Of a stretch of DNA of 64,000 nucleotides, positions 23,406 to 37,600 are shown piece by piece. This DNA comes from Geosiphon pyriformis uo1. Its lineage: Eukaryota; Fungi; Glomeromycota. The position numbers and the translations under genes were made by a program. Position 1 is the stretch's first letter; each line of letters starts with the position of its first letter. The notes under the pieces are model-generated. The model was not told where the DNA came from. It worked only from the letters and a program-made list of their open reading frames with translations, and did no database searches. The stretch spans positions 744,001 to 808,000 of the forward strand of contig JAAOMT010000675.1 in NCBI GenBank assembly GCA_016748015.1, read 5' to 3'.

Positions 23406-25364
23406 ATAAAACCAGTAGGCTTTTCTGCTAGTGGTTCTGGTATTGGTTTGACTGGATTGGAATTTCGGTCTAGAACTAAAAAGAAAGTACGAGTTAAGAG
23501 TGTCTATGTTTGTGATCTTTTATACAAAAAATTGAAAAAATCTGGTGTTACTAAAGTTGTGGTGAACTCATTGGCTGGACTTTTTCCTGAACATGTTTTA
23601 CAAACTAATTGTAGTAAATGCAAGGTGTCTTAGGGTAGTGAGATTAAGAGTGAAGATGCCAGCATTAGTGGAGTTTTAGACGTTGAGAACATAGACAACA
23701 TGGTAGCTGAAGAGACTAGTTATATAGATTCTAATGCTTCTGAGGCTGATGACATGGTGAACAATGCAACTCCTAAGAAAACACAAACAAGAACCTATGT
23801 TTTGGGACCACTGCCAAAAACACCTTCCTTCAGAAACTTGAGTGATGACAATACTGAGTTGGTGCTTCCTAAGTCTAAATTTGTTGGGTCCAATCAGCTG
23901 CTGTCAGCCAAATCATGTGTTCCAGATAGACATAGCTTTAAGCCAATTAGATCATTTACTTTGAATGTGGAGTTGGCTGCTGTGCTTGGCAAAACTAATG
24001 GCAATAAATTAATTTCAATCAAAAAAATTTTTTATAAAATTAATGGTTTTGGGAGAGCCTCTACTCCTTCAAAATTTCCAGGAATCATCAAATCTTTATT
24101 TATTTCTGAATTTAGCATGAATAAGGTAAAAGAATTGGCAATTCGTGAAAAAACTGTGGTAAATAATGATCTTAAAAAGGTTAGCAGCTGTTCAGATAAG
24201 AAAATTGTTGTTAAGAAGATTTTGGTTGATCTTCCCAAGTTGGCTGTTAAATCTGTTTTTTCTAAGTTTAGAAAGATTGTATCAATCAAAATACAACTGA
24301 TTGGTCTGTGGCAAAAGGCTTTGGTAGAGTTTGAGTTTTTTGAAATAGCTGATTTGGTTACAGCTAAGTGGTCTGTTTTCATGGGAAAGAATTTTGTTTA
24401 TGTAGCAAAAGCCATTGATGATAAACAATCATGGGTTTCTAGAGATTTGCATCAGGCATTGCTTTATACTTTTTTAGTTGGTATTATGGCTTATGATCTT
24501 TCAAATTTGTTAGAATCATATGGTAAGAAAACTTGTTTCATTGGCCGTAATCTTAGCTCTTATGTGCATGATAGATGTGCAATTGTGTGTTTTGTTGATG
24601 AGACCTCCAAATTGACTGCTATTGGTTCTGCTCCAGTATTTAAGAGTGTGAATTTGTGCTGGGCCAGTTTTTTTTTGGCCCATTGTGTTTAGTACAAACA
24701 GTTTGGTCATATCTCTACAGGATGTTTAATGGGTAGAAATTTTGGTATTCATGATAAACAGATGGTGACTTCTCAAGATCAGGTTCATTTGGCCTATATA
24801 TATAAAAAGAAGCAAATGCCAATTGTTTGTCCAGTTTCTTTTGATAGGAAAACTTGAGCCCAGGTTGTAGGTGGCTTTTCTTCTTGTGTGGTTTTGTCAG
24901 TTCCTTCTGGTGCTAATTTGCTTTCAAGTATAGAATCTTCAATAATGGCTTCCAGCCTTCTTGATGGTTCTGGCTTGGCCAAATGCTTGGCTTTTTTGGA
25001 GTGCTCTATAGAACTTTTGTCAGATCAGATTTTAGAGATTTTAGGGAAATTAAGCTTTGTGGAATTGGTGCTGATGTCTTCACCTTCTTGTGTCTTTTTT
25101 CTTTTTGTTGCTTCTCTCTTGGATCCAGCTTTGAACTCGGATATGGCTGTGGATAGTGTGGTGGTACTCTTTTCTTCTTTTCTTCCAGTAATTAATAATG
25201 CTACTCCCGAACTAAGTTTGAGCAGTTCAAAGGTTTTTACCACCAAAGTGAGTGGTTTGAAATCAAAAATGATGGCTTTAAAAGTCTTGGTTGGTTTGGT
25301 ATTGGTGAGATTGGACTCATTGTGTTCTGGTTTGGGTTTGTTGGCTCTTCCTCCATCTCAATAA
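23406..25364 (+). pseudogene. LINE ORF1 (RRM-like segment, CCHC knuckle, C-terminal coiled-coil-like region)
   Basis: One frame with a few stops; VVKKILVDLPKLAVKSVFSKFRKIVSIKIQLIGLWQKALVEF is RRM-like; degenerate knuckle CVxYKQFGHISTGC near 24685; start inferred from ATG>ATA. Confidence 0.82.
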
Positions 25365-28300
25365 TTAGTTTAATTTGGAAAATTGCCACTTGTAATGTTT
25401 GAAATATGAACAATTCTGCAAAACAGGAGGATATTGTTTGTTGGCACAGAGATATGAGCAATTTGATTTCAATTATTACTAAGACCAAGTTATGAAGTAA
25501 GGTTTGTTCATGGATTGCTGATAGGTTTGATGATGTTCGTGTTTTCACTTCTGGTATGAATTCTGGTAACTCTGGTTCAGGTGTTGCCATTATTATGGAC
25601 ATTTTTCTAGTTCGTCATATGTGTAAAATTTCTAAGGTTTCTGGTTGGCTCCTCTCTGTCAGGCTACTTTTCAAAAACAAACTCTCTGTGTTGATTTTGG
25701 GGTTCTATGCTGGTGCTTCTTTGGTAGTTTGGTTCTCCCAAGCTGGTAAAATTAACTCTATGATTGCTAATGCTATGAATGAGTCCTCTTTTGTTGTTCT
25801 GGATAGTGATTTCAATGAAGATGGCTCTTGTAGATATGCCAGCTTTAAGAAATGTCTAGATCTTGGTTTGGTCAACTTCTTGGGTGAAAGTTCTTTTGTG
25901 AAGATACCTACCTGAACTAACTCTTATGGTGTGGCTAAAACAATCAACTTTCTGTTTGTCTCCTCGAACTTGGTCAATGCTGTGGTAGATCATGTTGTGT
26001 GTGATATTGGAAAAATTTTTGATACTGATCATCAGGCTGTTTTTGTGTCTATGAGTTTGGGTGGACTTTTGGATATGCAGTTAAACTCTCTTCACAAGCA
26101 AGTAAATAGAAATTGGTGGAAGTTCAATTTTAAGAATGCTAGTAAAGATAAGTGGAATGATTTTAAGTATGCCACATTGGCCAATACAGTAATATTCTCA
26201 GATAAGTTTTCTGCAGCTTTGAGGTTTTCGGATTTAGATGCAATATGGAATATTATTTATAAGATCATTGTTCTTTCAGCTAGTGAAATATTCAGAAAAA
26301 TATGGTTTAAGGACTTTGATCATGTTTTTACCAAGGAATCTTTGAGGTTTCATAGACTTGAACTTTTGGTTTCTAAGATTGTTGGAGCCTTTTGTGAAGA
26401 TGGTATTGACAATTTTGTTTTTCTTATGAGGTGCTGGCATTCTTTGAACAATACTAAAGCTTTGGTTGTTTAAGATTTGGTGGACTCTGGTACAGTCTTT
26501 AATCATGTTTGTTCTGTACTCTTTGGTGCTAGAAAATTTTATCATGCTTTGAAGCTTGTAGAATCTTTAAGGGCTAAAGAGGTGAACATCAGGTCTGCTA
26601 TAAATAAAAAGATGGATAGCTTTGAAACAAATAAAAGTCATACTATAAGGAGTGTATTGGAATGCCTATTTCACAAAGTGATGCTTGACCATTTAGTTGT
26701 CAATGATGAGCTGGTTTTGGAGCCTGATTTGGTTAAGTCTAAGGTTGATACAATTATGGAAAATTGGACTTGGAAGCATCAGATGGTTCTTAATGTTTCT
26801 AGTGAGTAATGTCATTAATATTAGTCTTTGGGTTATGTTTTTAATGGAGCTTTTGTTGGTGTGATGTGTTCAGTTGGTTTTGATGAATTTTTTGAGGTGC
26901 TTTTATTGATGATACAATTTGGATTGATAGCAGTCAGAGTGCTACTCAACACATTCTTGATGTTGCTAGTGAGTTTTTCCAGATTAATAACATTTCTATT
27001 AACAATAATAAAACAGTGGTCATTCCTATCAACAACAAGATCAGCAATTCTTCTCTTTTTATCAGTGGTGTGTCCATTTCTATCACCAAAAAAGGGGAGT
27101 CTCATTGGTATTTGGGTATTTATTTTTCAACTGAAGGTCTTTCAAAGCCTAGTTTAGCTAAGGCACATTTAAATATTCATTTTTTTACCAATCTGGTCTT
27201 AAAGAAAGCTGTATTGAATAAGCAGTTTTTGTATTTGGTATTAGCAGTTCTCTATTCTATTGTCAGTTACAGAACTTAGTTTAGTTTTGTTTCTGTTGGT
27301 GTGTGTAATAAGTGGGATGCTTTAATTTGTAGAGGCTTAAAGCTTAGGTCTGGTCTATCTCTTAACTTTCCTGGTAATATATTATACCACTTCTCATTTT
27401 ATGGTCTAAAGTTTTTCTCACAAATTCAATCTGAAAGTAAAATTGCTTCACTTGTGAGCCTTGTAAACTCTGGTGGGATTTTGGGTCATTTGTTCTTTTA
27501 CCAGTCACATGATTTGCAGGTTCAGTGTTGGCACCTTGTTTATTTATTGGTTTTTCTTATTTATACTCATATCAACATCTTTAATAATTTTCTGGCAGAC
27601 TTGGTTCGTATTTTTCTTGATTGTAATTTACCTCTGAGTGGCTCTTTGGCCAATTCTTTTTGGTTATGTAATAGGGTGCCCATGTCAGTTGTTCTGGATG
27701 AGTCAAAGTTTGTCAAGTTCTTCCCTTCTCTCTGGTAGTATGGTATTGCTTTTGTGGATCAACTTTGTGATTATTATAGTGCTGTTTTTGATTGGTACAT
27801 TTTTAAATAGTAAAAAAGATTGGATCCATGTGGCTCTATTCTGGAGTGGTTCAAGCTGTCTGCTGCATTTCTCAATAATGTGACCTTGTCTCTGACTCAT
27901 CCCTTGGCTGTGTATGGTAGTAGTTCTTCGAACATTCTTGGATCTAGTGACTTTGTGTCTGTTTGTAATCATCTTTTGCAGATTGATAATGGCATTTTAT
28001 CTGTATACATGGATAGATCCTTGAAGAATCAGGACACAGCTAGCTGTAGAGCTGGTACTGTCATCTTTTTTGAGGATATTGGTTTGGGTTTAGGTGTTGG
28101 TGTGTCAGGTTTGATGTCTTCTACTCTGGCTAAATTGCAAGCTATTGTATTGACTCTGGAGTGTGTTTTTTTATCTAGTTCTGTTCACCTGTTTTCAGAT
28201 AGTCAATTTGCTTTGGATGTTTACAAGTCAGAACTGGATCTGGTGTGTCCTGATTTTTGTAATCAGTGTTGAGTTGAGCATCAACATATCATTAATGTTA

Positions 28301-29286
28301 TTCATGATAAGAATTTGAGGGTTAGTTGACACAAGGTAAAGAGCCACTCTGGTATTTTGAAGAATGAACATGCTAACATGATTGCTGGTGCCATCTCTCT
28401 TTCAGACTGGTGTCTTCCTCTTTGCCTGGATGAACATTTTATTGTGTCTAATTATGGTATAATTTCTGGTAATTCTAGGCACTTTGTTTGTAATATCTAT
28501 TATTCTATTTGTTGTGTGTATTAAGAGGTTGGTTTTGGTTCAAGGTTCTTGGAGGGTGGTTTGTTTTCTGATGTTGATTGGGTCTGCTCCTCATTGGTGT
28601 AACATCCTAATTTGTACATGGCTACTGGTTTTACCAGCCAATCTTCAGCTAATGCACACATGTACTTCATAAAAGCTTTATACCATTGCTTGCCTATTGC
28701 CATTCGGAAATGTTTTTATAGTAAACTGTATTCTAGTGTGTTGTGCTTGTATTGTGGTGAAGTGGAGGTGTCAGATCATGCATTCTCTTATATGATTGAT
28801 GAATCTGCCTGCCATTAGTTATTGGACTCCCATGTGAATTCTTAGAAGACACTTTCTGGCTTTGCTCATTTTTCTTTGTGTGTTTTGCAGCTGTTATTGT
28901 TCTGTTCTCCTGGTTTTTCTGTGTTTATAGCTCTCTTTAAGGGTTTTGTTTTTGATGGTTGGTTCCACAAAGCTGTTTCCATTTTCTATAATCTCAAGAT
29001 TACTAGTATGGAGGTTGTTAAATTTGTGCACTCTCTCAGTATGACTTTTAGGGATAATATTTGGTTGATTTGCACTAAACACCACACCTATATGGAAAAG
29101 AATGGTTTGATTTCTCTTGATAGTTTAGCACTTGTCCCAGTTTCTGGTTTGGCTTTGGGGTTTTCTGCTGGTGTATTAAAACTGCTTGGCATTACTAATG
29201 CTTTTAGTATGCGTTTTGGTTTTTACAAATCTTGTTTGTTTTTTTCAGATGTTAGTGGCTCAGTATTAGTTCATATAGCTGCATAG
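25361..29286 (+). pseudogene. LINE ORF2 (AP endonuclease, partial RT, RNase H, zinc finger)
   Basis: IATCNV, DFNE and DTDHQAV (APE); AFIDDTIW and YLGIYFS (RT 5-7); VYMDRSL, LAKLQAI, FSDSQ and KVKSHSG (RNase H); CLYCGEVEVSDH. Confidence 0.92.
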
Positions 29287-31840
29287 TGTTGTCCTGATCA
29301 GCCCGAGTAGCTGGTTATATGTAGAAATTACATGATTCACACCTAGTTTAGATTATTTCTTTGATGTATAATACTAGGCTGTGTTTAGATCTTACTCATT
29401 AAAATAAAAAAAATAATATTAATTTAACCACTAATTTAAAAAAATTTATTAGAATTTTCTTGATTATAATTTTTAAATTTGATTTAATGTTAATTTTTTT
29501 TAAATTAACATTAATTAATTTTATTTTTCTATAGTTAGCTGTTTCATAGCTTTTAGACTAACTTCAAAAATAAATAAAGTTTTAATAATATTATAAAACT
29601 TTAAGAGAATTAATGCTCTCTTAAAACCATCAATTTTATAAAAATTTTTTTAATAAACTTGATTTTTTTATTCAAATTTTTGCTAAGTACAGCCATAAAA
29701 TTAATGTTCAGTGTAAATAATTTAACTAAGTTAAAGTACTTTCTTTTTTAAATTTATAATAGATTAAAAAATAGAATTAATTAAAAAAAAACTAAAAAAG
29801 CAAGAATTTTATTATTTTTAAAGTTTGCAAAAACCAGTTTTTTAAGAGGTTTTTTCAAATTATAAAATCAAATACAAGTTTTTTTAAGTGTTGTTTTATC
29901 TATGTTTTTATTGTTATTAAAGCTATTAAAATCTATAAAATTAGTTTTTTTACTATTGTATTCTTTAAATTATCTATATTAGACAAATTATTAATACTAT
30001 TTTTTTTACTTTTTATTTTATTGCTTTAAAAGCAATATTTAATAATATTACTATTTTCAAGCCAAAAATTTAGCTAAAAATTTATAAAATTAAAACTAAT
30101 AACAGATTTTTTGATTTTTGATCAGAATTTTTTAGTATATAAACATATAAATTGTGATTTTTTTTTCATGTTAAAACAATTTTTATTCTAGTTTTACCAA
30201 AATTTACAAAACTAGTTAACATATTAATCTGTTTTATAACTATAAACAAATTCATATTGAAAAAAATAGTTAAAATAAATAAAAAAATAAGTAAAAAAAA
30301 ATAAGTATGATTAAATTTTTCAAATCTTGGTGGTTTTATTGTAAGCAAAAAATTAATAAAACAAAGAGTTTTTAAAATTAAAAATATTAAGCAAAATTAA
30401 AAAAAATTATATTTTTATTATATTTTTAAAATAATTTTTATAATTAAAGTATTAATTTGATTTTGCACTTTTTTTAATTATTATATTTTTATAATTATAA
30501 CTAAAATAAAAAGTAAAAAAGTTTTAAATATTATTTTTTTTTATTGTAATTAATAATATTTTAACAAAAAAAGTTTTTTTTATTATAAAAATAACTAAAT
30601 AAAATGGTTTAAACCATTTTTTTACATATTAATAATATAAAATTATTAAAAACTGTTTTTAAAATATTTTTATTATTTTTAATTAGTGGTTTTTTTTTAG
30701 TTAAAAAAACATATTAAAATTAGTCTTAATATTATTTTTATTTTCTCTAAAAGCTCAAAGTTTTTAATAATAAATTAATTAACAAACTGGTTTTTTTTGT
30801 TTTTATTACTATTATTACTTTATAAATAACCATAAAAACCAAAAAATTTAAAAAGCAGCAATTATTACTTATATTTACTATTATTATATTAAATATTTTT
30901 ATAATTTCAGATAAAATCTTAAATACAATTTTTTTAATAGTAATCAGTTTTTTTTCTAATATAAATAATAATATTTTTTAAGATAAACTAAAATTAATTA
31001 TTGGTTATATTATTAAATATATAGCTGCTATTTTAATATTTAATATTTTTTTAAGATTAAATAAGTTTTTATTAAGACAGTATTTTAGTTTATACATAAA
31101 TTTATTAATATTAAATTTGTATTTAAAAATAATTTAAAGTTTTTTGTATAAAATTTGGTTTTTAAACTTCTTTAAATATTGTATTTTAAATTGAATTTAT
31201 TAATTTTATTCTTTTTTTACTTTTTAAATAGTTAAATCTTTAATAATTTCTAATTTTTTTTTTGTTGTTATTACTAATTTTGTTTTGTGTAATATGATTT
31301 TAGATATATTTATAATTAATATAAAAACAATTTTTGGTATTTATAATAAAGTTTTTAAAGTTATATTAAAATTTGTTAACATTTTTAATATAATTACAAT
31401 TGTTTTAACATGCTAATTAATCTTAATAGACAAAAATAGGTTTAAAATTTTTTTTATAAATTAAAAAAAACTATTTTTTTATAATATATTTAAAACTAAT
31501 TTAATTAATTTTTTTTTAGCTGCTTAATTTTTAAATTAACAAGCTAGTTTTTTAGATTGATAATTATATTTGTTTTATTTTTTATTTTTTTAATTTTAAT
31601 AAAGAATTTTAAAATATAATTGTTACTTTTGGTTTTAAAAATAAATAATCTAGTTATAACAACTTGTTACATAAAACAATCTTGAAAATAGTTTCAATTA
31701 GTATCAAAAATTTTATTAAATTTTAAAAAAATAATATGTATTATTTATTTTATTGAATAAATTAAAGTTGGATCATTAATTTTACTAAAAATAAATATAA
31801 TATTTAATTATTGCAAAATAAAAAATAAACAAATAATTAA

Positions 31841-32891
31841 CTAATCTTAACATCTTATATTATTTTGTTTTAAAAGATTATATCTATTACAAATGTATTT
31901 TGTGTGTGGTTTTTCTTTTTTTTCAGTAGCAGACTTATAATATTTGGTTTTTGAGTATTCTTTATGTTATGATCTAATATATTTTTAACTTGCTCAAGCT
32001 TATTTTTTTTATTGGCATTATTAATTTGATTGTTTTTTAGAATTTGGTTTTGATTTTGAAATATAGATACTACTTTTTTATGTTGGCCAAGAAATTGTTT
32101 TAATTATATTATTATCTTACTATGATTATTATGTTTAATAGCAAACTGAGCAGCTTATTATACAAGTTTCTATACTTTACTATATTTTTGTTTTTTCTGT
32201 GCTACAAAACATAAAACATTAATAATAGTTTTAGGTATAATTAAAAAATTTAGGATTATTATTTCATTGAAAAAAATTTTTATAGCCTTTTAATTTGTGA
32301 AGCAAAAAGCTTCAATGACTAAATTATTATCTCTTTTTTTATTAGTATATTATTATAAAAGTATTATTTGAATTTAAAATTTTGCAATTTTTGGATATAG
32401 CATCACTTAAAAATAATAATAACAAACAATATCACAAAATATACTAGACAAGCATGAACAAAAATAAGAAACAGAATTAACAATTATAATAAAATATGAA
32501 TGTTTGCTGTTTTCTAGTCATAAGTCTGTAATCTTCCAAACTTTTTTGATATTTTTTTCATTAACTTTAGCAATTATTAATTTTAATAAGATTTATTTTA
32601 TGTTATACAAATTTTCAATAAAATCACTTATTATATTAGAACTAGAATCCCAAATATTAAAATGTTGTTAAATAAACAACTTAAAAAAGTATACTAGAAA
32701 ATAAATTTCTTTATTTCATCATAAATATTGATATTCAATGATAATTGACTTATAATAAAGTATAGATATTGTGCCATTTCTAAATGTTCTATAAATAAGA
32801 TATAAGACATAAAGTATTGAGTTATTTGTTTGTTAATTTCAAAAAAAAAATCATAATTAATTGATATAATTCTCATATAAAATAAAAGTAT
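31841..32891 (-). pseudogene. MULE/FAR1-type transposase relic, 3' part (SWIM finger, C-terminal basic and knuckle-like region)
   Basis: Minus strand reads EINKQITQYFMSYILFIEHLEMAQYLYF..DFIENLYNIK..KVWKITD..SYFCSCLSSIFCDIVC (degenerate SWIM) ..AAQFAI..YKSATEK; continues across the TSD of C. Confidence 0.8.
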
Positions 32892-33848
32892 TGTTATTAG
32901 AGATTTTTGGTTTTTTTTTAATGTTGTTAATGCTTGTTTGCTGTAAATTCACGACTAAAGGAAGTAGTTAGATTTCCAATAACTGGATTTATTTTCAAAT
33001 TATCTCCTATAATTTGAACTGCTAAGTTTATTAGTGGAATCACCAATTTCATGCCAGTTACTTTATATAGTTATGTTGTAGTAAACATTACTTTTTCCCA
33101 GAAATTGCTTATCTGAAAACTTACTAAAAATGTGTAGTTACTTTGTTGTGAAAGTCAACTCTTCTATAGGAATCTCATCTGTAAACTATCTTAATAATTA
33201 TAATACAAAAATAATAAAAAAATAAAAGAAATAAAATTCTAACAAGAGAAACATTTTTTATTTAGACTTGAAGTTACTAACAGATTATTGAAATTGGTAG
33301 CTAATCAATTTTAAAATATTAGTTGTGTTGAGAGAATTTTAAGTGTAATAATTTAAAGAATTTGGTTTTTGAATATTTAATTTTTATTTGAAATGTGTAA
33401 AAGATAATTTGTTCTAATTAAGATATCTAAAGTAAGATACTATGTTAAAATACTATAAGAAAATATATTTTCTTGAAGAAAAAAGCTTTTCTTTTATACA
33501 ATTTGTTGTAGTACTAGTCTTTGAACTTGCACTTTTTTTTTGCTTTAATTTTGGTGAACTAAGGATACATTTTGACAAACTACAAGTTATTTCTACAAAT
33601 TATTAATTATTTCAGCCAATTTTCATTAATTTCGGCGAATTTTGACTATATTAAATGGTTCAGAGTATTGTGTAATTTGATTATCTTAATTTTTATGATA
33701 CAAATCAAGTTATTAATTGAATGATAATATTTAATAATTTTGTTAAATAATAAGTAATAATTGAAATAATAATAATATATGCTAATTAATAATAAGAATT
33801 ATAAGGATAATTTTATGCTAATTAATAGCTAAAATTCTATTGATAACA
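32892..33848 (-). repeat. 3' LTR of element C
   Basis: Similar to the reverse complement of the B LTR; PPT gaggaggag adjacent at ~33853-33861. Confidence 0.95.
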
Positions 33849-34535
33849 TAATCTCCTCCTCAAGACTGAGCTTTATTAAAGTTCAAGCATTATCTGTAAT
33901 ATCAAGATAATAATTCAAAATAATTGAAGTGATTTGGTTTGAAAATTGTTGAAATTTCAGTTTTGTGAGCTTTTCAATATATTGAATCTTTATTGGATAA
34001 AGTATTGGATTTTGTAGGACATTTTCACAAGTGTTGAATAAATCATAGAGTCTAAATGCTGCTCTAAGTTTGTAACAAGTGTTTGTTGGTCCAGCTGTTG
34101 TTTTGAATTCATTGTGAATTTGTTTTTGTATAGTTTCAGGAGTGATGTTTGTTGCTTTAAGTTTCAGTTTTCATTTATAAAGTGTTTTTCTAATATGAAA
34201 ATATCTATAAATAAGAGTATATTCATTGTTTTGTTCCTTAAAAAATAATAGAAGTTTTTGTTAGATTGTGGTATTTGGTAGAATGTTAATAGAGGCAAAT
34301 AAAAAGTTTTCTTTTAGTGTTTGCTTCAAAAGTTCTGATAATTGATTTCCAAAGTAACTTCTTGTTTTTTTCTATAAAGGTAATAATTTTGCAAATTATT
34401 TTCTTCTGGTATTGTGGTTTTTTTTTGAGTGTAATTAATTTAATTTTTATTAATTATTATGGATAGATCAAGAAATGTTTTTAAAACTAACATTAATTTT
34501 TGGGATATTTGTTGAATATTTTAAGGAATAATCAT
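33829..34535 (-). pseudogene. Accessory ORF3 of C
   Basis: Collinear with ORF3 of B and F. Confidence 0.8.
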
Positions 34536-34699
34536 GATAAAATAACTAACTAATAAACAAAATTTTGAAAAAAAATAAAGAAAATTATTTTTGGATATAG
34601 AGTTTTATTTATTTTTGGGTTTGAGTGTTTCTTGTAATTATTTACTATTTTTGTTTTATGTGTTGTGTATTTGAAAAGAAATATTGTAAAAATATTAAC

Positions 34700-37600
34700 T
34701 TAAGTGTTCAAGTTTGGTTATTGTTCTATTATAACTATTGGTTCTAAATTTCGGAAAATATCTTCAAGATTAATTAAAAAAAAATGTGTACTAATTTGTG
34801 GAATTAATAGTTTAGGATTGTTTCTGGAATAATAATGTTTTAATCAATCTCTATGTGCAATTTTTGTTAGTACTTTGTTATCAAGTCTTAACTTGTATAT
34901 TGTTTAAAATTTCATAAATATAAAATGATCCATCCTATTTATGTTCAAATTTCCCACTCCATTGTTTTTTAGTCTTAGTTCTGTTTAAGAGAACTTTATT
35001 TTTAACTTTAAATTCGTTGGTAATTGGTAATAGTTTGTTATCATGCCTTTTTTTTTATTGAGCTTGAGAGTGTTCAATATAAGTGGCTGCTATTTGTCTT
35101 TTTTTTTTAGTGTACTAAAAAAAATGTATGCTCTTCTTTGGAGTGTTTTTTGAAAGTTTTCTTCATTGATTGGTTGCATTGTATATGTTTCTACTGTGAA
35201 ATTAATTGGTAATATTGCTGTTCTTTCATAAGTAAGATCAAATAGTGTGTGTTTTATAGTATCTTGTTTTAGTGTTTTGTAGATTAGTAATACTAATAGA
35301 ATAAATATATTCCATTTCTGCTTAAAATCAGTTGAGATTTTGGCTAAAGATTCACATAATGTTTTGTTGAAACATTCTACAAGTTCATTTGTTTGAGGGT
35401 AATAAGGTAATAATAGAAATTTTTTGACATTGAATCATTCAAAAATTTCTTGTATTAAGTTGTTCACAAAATGTGTTTCTTAATCAAATAAAAGTTCAAT
35501 TGAGCATCTATGTCTACAAATAATGTTTTTATAGATAAAATTTGCTATGGATTTTGTATCTGCTTTTTGGATGGCTCTAGCTTTAAGCCATTTGGTAAGA
35601 TAATCTATTGCAACTGTAATATAATAATTTTCTTGAGTTGTAATAGATAATGGTCTGATTAAATCAATTCCAACTCTGTTAAAAGGTTGTCCAACTTTGA
35701 TTGGATTTAAAGGTTTTGTGAAACAAGTTCTTCTTTTTCTTTGACAATTATTACAAGATTCTATATATTGTTGAATGTTTTTTTGCATGTGGGGCCAAAA
35801 ATAATGTTCAAGAGTTTTTTGAATTATTCTATCTTTTTTCAAGTGTGCTGAAGAAAAATCTGTGTGCATGTTATATAGAATTGTTTTTTTTTCATTTTTT
35901 TGTATTAATCTGAGTAATTGGTTTGAGTTTCTGCAATTTTTATAATAGATTTTGTTATAGTGTATGAAATATTGTTTTAATTGGTGTTGTAATTAATGTT
36001 TTTTACTTGGAAACCAATTTTTTGATATGGTAAAAGTCTTTAAATAGTTTTTGATGTTGTTGTAATTTTTGGAATTCATTGTTGTTTGGTTATTTTTGTT
36101 AATAGATTGATAAGTTGTGGTAAGATTACTGTTGGTGTTAATCTTGTCTTATTCTTAAAAGACTATTAACATTGGTGTGTAGTTTTCCTGGTTTGTAATA
36201 TACAATATATTTGTAGTCTGCTAGAAAATTATTCCATCAAGACTGTTTAGCACTTTGTTCAATTTTTTTTTATTGAGCTATTTAAGACTAATATTGTCAA
36301 TTATTATGTTAAATTCTTTTCTATTTTTCAGATATTGTTGAAAGTATTTAAGAGCCCAAATAACTGTGGCAGTTTCTAATTTAGTTAAGTCATATTTGAG
36401 TTCTGTTGGTTTGAGTGTTCTATTGGCATAGGTAATGACTTGTTCCTGACCATTTTCATTCAATTGTGATAGAATTGCACCAAATACTGTGTGTAAAGCA
36501 TCAGTAGCTAATTAAAACTGTTTATTAAAGTTTGGATAAGCAAGAACTGGAGCTGTTGTCAATTTTGTTTTGAAGGTTTTAAAGACTTTTTATTGTTTTC
36601 AGTCCATTAATATGGCACATTTTTTTTAGTAAGATAATTAAGTGGTTTGGCAATTTCTGAGAATTCTTTTATAAATTTTTAATAATATAAAGCTAATCCT
36701 ACAAATCCTTGTAGCTTTATAGTATTTTTGGGAGTTTGAAAGTTTTTAATAGCACTAATTATTTTAAGATTTGGTTTAACTCTATCTTTGCTAACAATGT
36801 GTTCAAGAAAGATTAAACTTGTTTTTTTAAAATAATATTTCCCAATATTCAACTTCAATCCTGCTTTCTATAATTATTAAAAAACTTCTTGCAAATGAAT
36901 AAGATGATCTTTAAAGCTTGGTAAGTACATATTAGTGTTATTCAGATAGACAACTATTAATTGCCATAAGAGTTCTTTATAAACAACATTCATGAGTCAC
37001 TGGAATGTTGCTGGTACATTGCAAAATCTAAAAGACATAATATTAAATTTATAGTTTCCTTCTTAAGTGGTAAATGCTATTTTAGATCCATTTTGACTTG
37101 TTAGTATCCACTTTCCAAGTCTAAAGTTGAGAAGAATTTGGCTTTTTCTAGAGCATCTAACATGTCATTAATTCTTGGAAGAGAATAAGCATCTCTAATT
37201 GTCATACTGTTCAGTTGGTAATAGTTAACACAAAATCTGATTTTTCCGTTTTTTTTTTAACCAAAACTACTAATAAGACCCAAAAACTTCTTAATAGTTG
37301 AATTAATCTGTTATTAAGCATTTTTTGGACTTTTTCCCTAATAAATTGGTAGCTGGCAGGTAGTACTCAATAGGTTTGTTACTATTTTGGTGGGACATCT
37401 CCTATGTGGATCTGATGTTGGACAATATCAGTTTTTTCAAAGTCATTGTTGTTTTTTGCAAATATATCAGCAAATTCAGCTATCAGTTGTTTTAATTGTC
37501 TTTGTTGTTGGGATTTCAAAAGACTCATGTTGATTTAGGAGAGTTTTTTTCTAAAAAGTAATAGTTTTCAATAATAGAAATGATGTTTGAGTTGGGAAGT

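Larger units (their letters stand above)
23271..29410 (+). mobile_element. Non-LTR retrotransposon (LINE, APE-RT-RNase H-CCHC type) with both ends but an internally deleted RT
   Basis: 14-bp TSD aaataatattaatt at 23257-23270 and 29411-29424; A-rich tail 29401-29410; ORF1 plus ORF2. Confidence 0.93.

Noticed and set aside
29425-31840. Extremely AT-rich spacer with short ORF 30166-30348
   Set aside because: No recognisable motif; the ORF is compositionally trivial.
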